A DNA stretch of 64,000 bases from Vicinamibacterales bacterium (lineage in GTDB: Bacteria; Acidobacteriota; Vicinamibacteria; Vicinamibacterales; UBA8438). The first letter of the stretch is position 1. Each line of letters starts with the position of its first letter. Under the pieces are notes generated by a model. The model had not been told where the DNA came from, made no database searches, and saw only the letters and a list, made by a program, of their open reading frames with translations. The DNA lies in NCBI GenBank assembly GCA_965263055.1, contig OZ253581.1, positions 3,631,794 through 3,695,793 of the forward strand, given 5' to 3'. A program made the position numbers and the translations under genes. Shown here one piece after another: positions 47,269-55,561 of this stretch.

Positions 47269-47954
47269 ATCCCCTGATTGCCGTCATCGTGACCGGGATC
47301 GCCATGTTTGCGGCGCACATCCTGATGATCCTTCTGTTCCGCGAGAAGCCGGCGCCGAAGCTGAAGCCTGCCGCCGCGGCCGAAGCGGCGGCGCCCGCGG
47401 TTCGGGCGCCCAGCCTGGCCGACCGCGTGGTGCCCCGCACCGCCGACGACATGTCGCCGCTGATGGGCCGCCGCGGCTGGATGGGCCTCGCCTGGGGCGC
47501 CTTCACCGCGTCGACCGCCGGTTGCCTGGCGGCGACGGGCCGGTTCATGTTCCCGAACGTCCTGAACGAGCCCCCGCAGCAGTTCACGATCGGCTTCCCC
47601 GACGAGTACGGCGAAGGGGTGGACGAACGGTGGAAGGACCGGTTCGGTGTCTGGGTGATCCGGACGCCGTTCGACGACTACCACGAGGCGTCCGGCTTCT
47701 ATGCGCTGCTCGTCACATGCACGCACCTCGGGTGCACGCCGAACTGGCTCTCGGCGGAGAACAAGTTCAAGTGCCCGTGCCACGGCAGCGGGTTCCGTCG
47801 GACCGGCATCAACTTCGAGGGACCGGCGCCTCGGCCGCTCGAGCGGGCCCGGATCGTTCTGGCGGAAGATGGGCAGATCCTGATCGACAAGGCGCGAAAG
47901 TTCCAGGAAGAGCTGGGGCAGTGGACCGACCCGGAGGCATTTCTCGCTGCTTAG
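47265..47954 (+). CDS. Rieske [2Fe-2S] protein of a cytochrome bc/b6f-type complex
   Basis: 229-aa ORF, AGGAG 9 nt upstream. Motifs CTHLGC and CPCHGS boxes, N-terminal TM helix, plus an RR-containing segment MGRRGWMGLAW. Confidence 0.9.
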   Translation: MNPLIAVIVTGIAMFAAHILMILLFREKPAPKLKPAAAAEAAAPAVRAPSLADRVVPRTADDMSPLMGRRGWMGLAWGAFTASTAGCLAATGRFMFPNVLNEPPQQFTIGFPDEYGEGVDERWKDRFGVWVIRTPFDDYHEASGFYALLVTCTHLGCTPNWLSAENKFKCPCHGSGFRRTGINFEGPAPRPLERARIVLAEDGQILIDKARKFQEELGQWTDPEAFLAA

Positions 47955-47990
47955 CCGGGCATTCCCACGGCACGAGCGAACGAATGAACC

Positions 47991-48806
47991 ATGGCCAAGG
48001 TTAAATCGATTGAACCTCAGGAAAGCGCGCTGGTGCGCTTCTGGAACTGGCTGACCGAGACGCAGATCTGGACGTCGGTCTTCCGGCACGCGGCACCGAT
48101 CAACGATCGCAACCGCGTTCTGGTGATGCTGTCGAACGTTTTCCTGCACCTGCACCCGGTCCGACTCAAGAAGCACGGCGTCCGGCTGCGCTACACCTGG
48201 TGCATGGGAGGGCTCAGCTTCTTCCTCTTTCTGGTGCTGACGTTCACTGGCCTGCTGCTGATGTTCTACTACCGGCCGACGCTCGAGTACGCCTACTCGG
48301 ACATCGTCGGCCTCCGCGAGCATGTGCCACTCGGCATCATGCGTGAGATGCATCGCTGGGGTGCGCACGCCATGGTGATCACCGTCTGGCTGCACATGTT
48401 CCGGGTCTTCATGACCGGCAGCTACAAGCCGCCGCGCGAGTTCAACTGGAATGTCGGTGTCATCATGCTGGTGCTGACGCTGCTGCTGTCGTTCACCGGC
48501 TACCTGTTGCCGTGGGATCAGCTTGCGATCTGGGCGATCACGGTCGGTTCGAACATGGCGCGGGCGACGCCTTTCCTTGGCTACGAAGGACCCGGTGCGT
48601 CGCTCCTCGCCATCGGCGACGTGCAGTTGATCCACGCGGCGGACGACGCGCGGTTCGCGCTCCTCGGCGGCACATTCGTTGGCGAGGGGGCGCTGCTGCG
48701 CTTCTACGTGCTGCACTGCGTGGCGCTGCCACTGGTAATCGGTTTCCTGATGGCGATCCACTTCTGGCGTGTCAGGAAGGACGGCGGAATTTCCGGGCCG
48801 CTCTAG
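47991..48806 (+). CDS. cytochrome b, N-terminal (b6-like) subunit
   Basis: 271-aa ORF. Helix [17 protein letters not shown] (His 14 apart). Helix [18 protein letters not shown] (His 15 apart, b6-type). YTWCMGG Cys at the haem-ci position. Confidence 0.9.
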   Translation: MAKVKSIEPQESALVRFWNWLTETQIWTSVFRHAAPINDRNRVLVMLSNVFLHLHPVRLKKHGVRLRYTWCMGGLSFFLFLVLTFTGLLLMFYYRPTLEYAYSDIVGLREHVPLGIMREMHRWGAHAMVITVWLHMFRVFMTGSYKPPREFNWNVGVIMLVLTLLLSFTGYLLPWDQLAIWAITVGSNMARATPFLGYEGPGASLLAIGDVQLIHAADDARFALLGGTFVGEGALLRFYVLHCVALPLVIGFLMAIHFWRVRKDGGISGPL

Positions 48807-48853
48807 ACGCGCGGGCACACCTGATCGAAGGACACACGGAGCAGAGACGCACG

Positions 48854-49930
48854 ATGGACGCGATCAAGGGAATTTTCAATTACGTTGCCGATCCGCGGCT
48901 GTTCTTCATCCTGTCGGTGCTGACGCTGGTCTTCATCGTCTGGAAGCGGGAGCTGTTCGCGAGGAACGCTGTCGGCTACGGCCTGATGGGCTTCCTCACC
49001 GTCTTCTTCCTGTTCGGCCTGGCGGACGAGAACTTCGTCCTGATCATCGCGAAGCCGGACAACGTACCGATCGTCGCCCTGATTTTCCTGGTGATCTTCT
49101 TCACCTGGTACGCGATCCGTGAGGGGGTCCGGAACGATCAACGGATGGCGGCGGGCGACGATCCGATCGAGAAGCAGGAATCGGACCGGGTGTGGGTCTG
49201 GCCCGACCTGGTGTACACGGAGCTGATTGCGCTCGTGCTCTGCAGCGCGGTCCTGGTGGCCTGGTCGATTTTGCTGGAGGCGCCGATTGAGCAGCCGGCC
49301 AACCCCGCCAACACGCCCAACCCGTCGAAAGCGCCTTGGTACTTCCTGGGCCTCCAGGAGATGCTGGTCTACTTCGACCCCTGGCTCGCCGGCGTTGTCC
49401 TTCCGAGCCTGATCATTGTCGGGCTGATGGCGATTCCCTTCATCGATACCAATCCGAAGGGCAACGGCTACTACACGTTCAACGAACGAAAGGCGGAGAT
49501 CACCATCTTCCTCTTCGGCTTCGTCATCCTCTGGTCGTCACTGATCGTGCTGGGTACGTTCCTGCGGGGACCGAACTGGAATTTTTTCGGGCCGTTCGAG
49601 TACTGGGACATCCACAAGCTGGAAGCGCTGAACAACGTGCAGTTGTCGGAGTACCTCTGGGTGCGCGCGCTCGGCACTTCGCTGCCCGACAACATCCTGC
49701 TGCGGGAGGGGCTTGGCATCATCCTGTCGATCGCCTACGTGACAGTAGCGCCGTACGTCCTGGCCCGGACCCTGCTCAAGGGCTACTACGAGAAGATGGG
49801 CGCGACCCGGTTTTACGTCGCCGTGTTCCTCTTCCTGATGATGCTGTCGCTGCCGATCAAGATGCTGAGCCGGTGGCTGATCAACCTGAAGTATGTCGTC
49901 TCCATCCCGGAGTTCTTCTTCAACATCTGA
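48854..49930 (+). CDS. cytochrome b C-terminal / subunit IV homologue, enlarged (about 8 TM helices)
   Basis: ATG 48854 within ORF 48512..49930. Qo-loop segment NTPNPSKAPWYFLGLQEML aligns to the PEWYF motif. Extra N- and C-terminal helices. Confidence 0.8.
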   Translation: MDAIKGIFNYVADPRLFFILSVLTLVFIVWKRELFARNAVGYGLMGFLTVFFLFGLADENFVLIIAKPDNVPIVALIFLVIFFTWYAIREGVRNDQRMAAGDDPIEKQESDRVWVWPDLVYTELIALVLCSAVLVAWSILLEAPIEQPANPANTPNPSKAPWYFLGLQEMLVYFDPWLAGVVLPSLIIVGLMAIPFIDTNPKGNGYYTFNERKAEITIFLFGFVILWSSLIVLGTFLRGPNWNFFGPFEYWDIHKLEALNNVQLSEYLWVRALGTSLPDNILLREGLGIILSIAYVTVAPYVLARTLLKGYYEKMGATRFYVAVFLFLMMLSLPIKMLSRWLINLKYVVSIPEFFFNI

Positions 49931-49939
49931 CTGAGACCC

Positions 49940-52765
49940 ATGGCTGACAAGAAGAGCGTCGGACACGCCTACAACGTCGATTTCCTGAACGTCGTTTTTG
50001 CGGCGTCCAGTCTGTTCCTGTTCTACACCACCATCTGGATGGTGTTCGACGACTTTGACCGGGAATGGAAGGGCTACCAGCGGAACTTCGTCCTGCTCGA
50101 GGAGTACGTCACTTCCCTCGGTCTCCAGGCGGCGCAGGCGGGCATCGATCAGGAGCGGCTGCAGCAGCTCAACGCCGAGCGGGCGGCGGCCGAGCAGCAG
50201 TTGGCGCAGAACCAGGCGCAGGTGGACCAGCTCGAGGGGCAGCTCGCCGATGTCGAGGCGGACTTCTACCGGACGAATCAGCAGTACAACTTCCTGAAGG
50301 CCGACTACGACGTCGCGCGCTACGACTACGAGGAGATGCGCGAGGAGGACCCGGAGGAGGCCGAGGACGTCCGCCCGGAGATCGACGCCATGTACGAACA
50401 ATGGGTTGATCTGGGGATCCAGGTAGAGGAGCTGACCGCGCAGCGCGACGAATTGCGTGCGCAGATCGGCGAGTTCACGGGGGGCGTGACGGACGCTGAC
50501 AACGAGATCGGCGAGCTGACGGCGGAAGCGACCCGCCTCGCCGAGCGCGTGGCTGAGCTGCAGGTCGACTTCGTCGGCGACGTCCTGCTGAACGCGCCGC
50601 TGCTCGACTTCATGGCGCCGAGCCTGGTGGTGCAGCAGACGATCACGCCGAATGTCCACGACGACGTCAACTTCATTCGTGTCCCGAAGATGGACCGGTG
50701 CACGTCGTGCCACGTCGCGATCGATCTGGAAGGGTACGACAGCTACCCGCAGCCGTACCGGACGCACCCGAACCTCGATGACTACATCGGGAGCGCATCC
50801 CCGCACCCGCTCGCCCAGGTAGGCTGCACTGTCTGCCATGAGGGGATGGGACAGTCCATCGCGTTCGTGCACGCGTCGCACACGCCCGGCAGCGAGGCGC
50901 AGATGCACGCCTGGGAAGAGCAGTACGGCTGGGAAGTACCGCACCTCTGGGACTATCCGATGCTCCCGACCAACATGACCGAGGCGTCATGCGCGAAGTG
51001 CCACCGCGAGACGGTGCATGTGCCCGATGCGGAGCGGCTGAACCTCGCCTACGGGTTGTACGAGCGGGCGGGCTGCTACGCCTGCCACACGACCACCGGC
51101 TTCACCGGCCTGCGCAAGCCGGGGCCGAACCTGACGAAGATCGACGCGAAGCTGACGCCTGAGTGGGTGGCGAACTGGATCCGCGACCCGCGCACCGTCA
51201 AGCCGAGCACCTGGATGCCCCGCGTCTGGTACAACTCGAACACCAGCTCACCGGAAGACGCGGTGCGCAACGAGGTGGAGATCGACGCTACGGTCGCGTA
51301 CCTCTTTGCCAATTCGGACGACCATGAGTTCGCCGTCGCGTCGCCGCCGTCGGGTGACGCGGCGAACGGCGAAGCACTCATCAATTCGGTCGGCTGCTTG
51401 GCGTGCCACATCACCGAGGATCTGGATCGGCTCGCCGCAGGCGCTCGCCGGACGTTCGGCCAGCCGCTGCAGAACGTCGGCGCCAAGACCAGCTACGAAT
51501 GGCTGTTCGACTGGGTGCGCGACCCGCGCCATTTCAGCAGCGAGACCTACATGCCGGACCTGCGGTTGACCGATCAGGAAGCGGCCGATGTCGCGACCTA
51601 CCTGACGACGCTGGAGGGCCCGGAGGGCCGGGCGGCGGAAGCGACCTACACGCAGGACGACGTAACCGCGACGCTTCTCGACTACGTCCGCTCCGTGCTG
51701 CCGAACGCGGAGGCGGAGGAACTGGTCGCGGGGCTGTCGCCCGAGGAACAGCAGCTCGAACTGGGGCAGCGCGTGATTGGCCGGTACGGCTGCTTCAGTT
51801 GCCACGAGATCGGCGGCTTCGAGGATACCCGGCCGATTGGGATCGAGCTCTCCGAGGAGGGTTCCAAGCTGCTGCCGCGGCTCGACTTCGCGTTCGTCCA
51901 CGATATCCCGCACACGAAGGTGGACTGGTTCAAGCAGAAGATGCGGGATCCCCGCTCGTTCGACCGGAACCGGGTGCTCCAGCCGCTCGAGAAGCTGCGG
52001 ATGCCCAACTACGGCATGAGCGAAGAGGAGGCGACGCTGTTTGCCACCGCGATCATGAGTCTTCAGGCCGACGTGCAGCCGCTCGAGGCGCAGCTGCCCG
52101 GCTCGGCGCGCAATGACGCGTTGCGGGAGGGGCGCAACCTGGTGCGCCGGCGGAACTGCGTCGCCTGCCACGAGATTGAAGCGGACGGCGGCGACTACGT
52201 CCAGTTGGTGGACGATCCGTCGCTCGCGCCGCCGTTGCTGACGCCGCAGGGCGCAAAGGTGCAGCCCGACTGGATGTACGCGTTCTTCCAGGGGCCAATC
52301 TCGATCCGGCCCTGGCTCGACGTCCGGATGCCAACGTTCGGCCTGGACGACGCCCGCTGGAACACCGTGATCGACTACTTCGGTGCAATCTCCGAAACGA
52401 TCGGCGAGTTCCGGACGCATGCGGAACTGACCACCACTGACGTGCCGCGCGAGGGACAGGAACTCTTCGAGCTGCTGCGCTGCCAGCAGTGCCACGTGCT
52501 CGATACGATTCCGGCGGACCAGCCGGCCGACAACCTGGCGCCTGACCTGCGGATGGCGCGCGAGCGGTTGCAGCCCGAATGGATCATCGACTGGCTTCGA
52601 GCGCCGCTCGAGATCCAGCCCGGGACCCGGATGCCGATGTTCTGGACGGAGTTCCCCGCGTCGCCCTACCCGCAACTGGACGCCGATGGTGTCGCCCAAC
52701 TGGAGGCGATCCGCGACTACCTGCTCACCTTCCGCGGCGGGCCCAGTCCGCTCAGCGGGAACTAG
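49940..52765 (+). CDS. membrane-anchored octahaem c-type cytochrome with long coiled-coil segment
   Basis: 941-aa ORF. TM helix at aa 15-37. E/Q/A/L-rich heptad-like region at about aa 45-215. Eight CxxCH motifs: CTSCH, CTVCH, CAKCH, CYACH, CLACH, CFSCH, CVACH, CQQCH. The last five are each followed by a W..W..DP...MP module. Confidence 0.85.
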   Translation: MADKKSVGHAYNVDFLNVVFAASSLFLFYTTIWMVFDDFDREWKGYQRNFVLLEEYVTSLGLQAAQAGIDQERLQQLNAERAAAEQQLAQNQAQVDQLEGQLADVEADFYRTNQQYNFLKADYDVARYDYEEMREEDPEEAEDVRPEIDAMYEQWVDLGIQVEELTAQRDELRAQIGEFTGGVTDADNEIGELTAEATRLAERVAELQVDFVGDVLLNAPLLDFMAPSLVVQQTITPNVHDDVNFIRVPKMDRCTSCHVAIDLEGYDSYPQPYRTHPNLDDYIGSASPHPLAQVGCTVCHEGMGQSIAFVHASHTPGSEAQMHAWEEQYGWEVPHLWDYPMLPTNMTEASCAKCHRETVHVPDAERLNLAYGLYERAGCYACHTTTGFTGLRKPGPNLTKIDAKLTPEWVANWIRDPRTVKPSTWMPRVWYNSNTSSPEDAVRNEVEIDATVAYLFANSDDHEFAVASPPSGDAANGEALINSVGCLACHITEDLDRLAAGARRTFGQPLQNVGAKTSYEWLFDWVRDPRHFSSETYMPDLRLTDQEAADVATYLTTLEGPEGRAAEATYTQDDVTATLLDYVRSVLPNAEAEELVAGLSPEEQQLELGQRVIGRYGCFSCHEIGGFEDTRPIGIELSEEGSKLLPRLDFAFVHDIPHTKVDWFKQKMRDPRSFDRNRVLQPLEKLRMPNYGMSEEEATLFATAIMSLQADVQPLEAQLPGSARNDALREGRNLVRRRNCVACHEIEADGGDYVQLVDDPSLAPPLLTPQGAKVQPDWMYAFFQGPISIRPWLDVRMPTFGLDDARWNTVIDYFGAISETIGEFRTHAELTTTDVPREGQELFELLRCQQCHVLDTIPADQPADNLAPDLRMARERLQPEWIIDWLRAPLEIQPGTRMPMFWTEFPASPYPQLDADGVAQLEAIRDYLLTFRGGPSPLSGN

Positions 52766-53367
52766 CTACCGAGGGCGGCCACGGCCGCGTCCGTGTCGAC
52801 GAACTCGGCGCCGGCGGCGCGCATCTCTTCGATTGCCTGCGGTCCGTCTCCCGCATTCAGGTTGACCGCCGCGATGGCGTCGGCAACCACTGACACCCGC
52901 AACCCCCTGCGGCAGGCGTCAAGAACCGACGCACGCACACAGTAGTCGGTTGCCAGCCCGCAGACCGTCAGGTGGTCGACGGCGCGGACGTCAAGGGCCT
53001 GTCTCAGGCTCTCGCCCGTCGCTATCGTCCCGTCGAATGCCGAGTAGCCGTCAGCGTCGGGTGCGATCCCCTTGTTGACCACCGCCGTTTCCGCCGGCAG
53101 CGCCAGCTCCGGATGGAAAGCGGCGCCGTCCGTTTCCGCCACGCAATGAACCGGCCATACGCCCCCGCCAGCGGTGAAGTGCGACGACCCGGCCGGGTGC
53201 CAGTCGCGCGACGCGAAGATCGGCCCGCCAGCCGCAGCATACGCGGCCGTCAGGCGGTTGATCGGCCGCACCACGGCATCGCCCCCCGGTACGGCAAGGG
53301 TGCCCCCCGCGCAGAAGTCGTTCTGCACATCCACCACCAGCAGCGCCCGTCGGGTCGTGTCAGCCAA
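52762..53367 (-). CDS. pncA: nicotinamidase/pyrazinamidase (isochorismatase family)
   Basis: ORF 52762..53439(-). TTG 53367 gives MADTTRRALLVVDVQNDF. Motifs RDWHP, CGLATDYCV (Cys nucleophile). Confidence 0.85.
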   Translation of the reverse strand: MADTTRRALLVVDVQNDFCAGGTLAVPGGDAVVRPINRLTAAYAAAGGPIFASRDWHPAGSSHFTAGGGVWPVHCVAETDGAAFHPELALPAETAVVNKGIAPDADGYSAFDGTIATGESLRQALDVRAVDHLTVCGLATDYCVRASVLDACRRGLRVSVVADAIAAVNLNAGDGPQAIEEMRAAGAEFVDTDAAVAALGS

Positions 53368-53419
53368 GGGTGGTAGATTACACCTGCCGGCGCGACGTCG
53401 GCGGACCGAACGCGTAGCG

Positions 53420-54757
53420 ATGGCGACAGCACTCTCCACCGACCTGTACGAGCTGACAATGGCGGCAGGTTACTTCAAGGGGGCCCCCGGCGCCCTGGCC
53501 AGCTTCGAGTTGTTCGTGCGGGAACTGCCGCCGGAGCGAGGCTATCTGGTGGCTGCGGGGCTCGATCAGGCGCTCGCGTATCTGGAAGAGCTGCGCTTCA
53601 CGGCCGACGAGATCGCGTACCTCCGGACGGTACCGGCTCTGCATCGCGCGCCGGCTGGTTTCTTCGAGGACTACCTGCCCGCATGCCGCTTTACCGGTGA
53701 CGTCTGGGCGGTGGCCGAAGGGACTCCGGTCTTCCCGAAAGAACCGCTGATGCGCGTGACCGCCCCGATCATCGAGGCGCAGATCGTGGAGACCGCACTC
53801 CTCGCCACGGTGCTCTTCCAGACGGCTGTCGCCAGCCGTGCATCCCGCGTTGTCCGGGCTGCCGCCAGGCGGCCGGTCTTCGAGTTCGGCACGCGACGCG
53901 CCCACGGCGTGGAATCGGGGATGCTCGCCGCGCGCTCCGCCTGCATTGGCGGCTGTGCAGGAACGTCGAACGTCGGGGCGGGGCGCGCGTTCGATCTCCC
54001 GCTCTCGGGCACGATGGCGCACTCGTGGGTGATGACACACGCGAGCGAGGCGGAGGCGTTCGAGCGGTTCGCCAGACTCTACGGTGATCAGGCAGTGTTG
54101 CTGATCGACACTTACGATCCGATCAGGGCCGTGGATCGAATCGTCAAGGCACGGCTCACACCCGCAGCGGTCCGGATCGATAGTGGCGACCTGCTGGAGG
54201 GCAGCCGGGCAGTTCGGGGGCGACTCGATGCGTCGGGCTTGGGGATAACGCGGATCCTTGCGAGCGGCGATCTGGACGAGCATCGGATTGCGGACCTGAT
54301 GGCGGCGGGCGCGCCCATCGACGCGTTCGGCGTGGGCACCTCTCTTAGCACCGTTGCCGACGCACCTGCGCTCGGTGGTGTCTACAAGCTGGTCGAGATC
54401 GAGCGCGGTGGCCGCGCGGAGCCGGTCCTGAAACTGAGTCGAGACAAGGCGACGCTCCCGGGCAGGAAGCAGGGGTGGCGGCTTGCCAGCCCGGACGGCA
54501 CTACGTCGCACGATGTCATCGGCTGTCTGGATGAAGCCCCGCCCGCCGGGGGCACACCGCTCCTCGATCCCGTGATGCGGAAGGGCAGCCGCCTGCAGCC
54601 GACACCCCCGATCGCCGCGCTGCGCGAGCGATGCAGGCGGGCTGTCGACCTCCTGCCGCCTGCCACGTTGCGCCTCGATGGCGCCGCTCCCTACCGCGTG
54701 GACGTTAGCGAGGCTCTCGCTTCCCTCGCCGCCAACCTCGGCTTCCAGATCGCGTAA
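53420..54757 (+). CDS. pncB: nicotinate phosphoribosyltransferase
   Basis: ATG 53420 within ORF 53174..54757. Motifs TDLYELTMAAGYF, FEFGTRRA, GTMAHSW, IDTYD, RIDSGD. Confidence 0.9.
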   Translation: MATALSTDLYELTMAAGYFKGAPGALASFELFVRELPPERGYLVAAGLDQALAYLEELRFTADEIAYLRTVPALHRAPAGFFEDYLPACRFTGDVWAVAEGTPVFPKEPLMRVTAPIIEAQIVETALLATVLFQTAVASRASRVVRAAARRPVFEFGTRRAHGVESGMLAARSACIGGCAGTSNVGAGRAFDLPLSGTMAHSWVMTHASEAEAFERFARLYGDQAVLLIDTYDPIRAVDRIVKARLTPAAVRIDSGDLLEGSRAVRGRLDASGLGITRILASGDLDEHRIADLMAAGAPIDAFGVGTSLSTVADAPALGGVYKLVEIERGGRAEPVLKLSRDKATLPGRKQGWRLASPDGTTSHDVIGCLDEAPPAGGTPLLDPVMRKGSRLQPTPPIAALRERCRRAVDLLPPATLRLDGAAPYRVDVSEALASLAANLGFQIA

Positions 54758-54784
54758 TCGCGGATCTGCCAGCGCCAGCGACGT

Positions 54785-55525
54785 TCAGGCTTCCTCGATT
54801 GCCTCCAACAGCGCGTCTGCCGAGCCGCGGAGCGACAGGTCGACATGAGGCGACGCCGGGGTCTCCTCGAGGTTCAGTTCGACGGTGAACGCGCCATGCC
54901 CCTTCGCGTCCCCGACAAGCCCTGCAGCCGGGTACACCACGGCGGAGGTGCCAATCGTCAGGAACAGGTCGCAGCGTGTCGCGGCGAGACTCTGAGCAAT
55001 CACCACCGGGTCGATTGCCTCGCCGAACCAGACGACGCCGGGGCGGGCCAGGCCGCCACATGACGGGCAGCGGACCGGCAGCTCCGGGAACGGCACCGTC
55101 TCGTCCCACCATGCTTTGGGCCGGTCGCCACAGGGCGCACAACACCGCAACTCCCAGATCGATCCATGGAACCGGATAACATTCGGTGTGCCTGCCCGCT
55201 CGTGCAGCCCGTCGACATTCTGCGTGACGAGTGTGAAGCGATCGATCCGGTTGCTCCACACAGCGAGCACTTCGTGTCCCGGGTTCGGCTGGCACGCTGC
55301 CACCTTCTGCCGGCGCCAGTCGTACCATTCCCAGACGCCGGCGGGATCTGTCTCGAACGCCCCGGGTGTCGCCAGTTCCTCCAGCCGGCGATTCCTCCAG
55401 AGGCCGCCCGGTCCCCGGAAGGTGGGCACTCCGCTCGGCGCAGAGATCCCCGCGCCGGTCAGCACCGTCACGGTGCGAGCCTCCCGTACGCGGCGGGCCA
55501 CTTCCCGAATCTGGTCGTCTCGCAT
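54785..55525 (-). CDS. cobB: NAD-dependent protein deacylase (Sir2 family)
   Basis: 246-aa ORF. Motifs LTGAGISAPSGVPTFRG, TQNVDGLH, Zn ribbon CAPC...CPSCGG, VVWFGE. Confidence 0.9.
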   Translation of the reverse strand: MRDDQIREVARRVREARTVTVLTGAGISAPSGVPTFRGPGGLWRNRRLEELATPGAFETDPAGVWEWYDWRRQKVAACQPNPGHEVLAVWSNRIDRFTLVTQNVDGLHERAGTPNVIRFHGSIWELRCCAPCGDRPKAWWDETVPFPELPVRCPSCGGLARPGVVWFGEAIDPVVIAQSLAATRCDLFLTIGTSAVVYPAAGLVGDAKGHGAFTVELNLEETPASPHVDLSLRGSADALLEAIEEA

Positions 55526-55561
55526 CGGGCGATCCTACAATCGACCTCCATCAGGACACTC

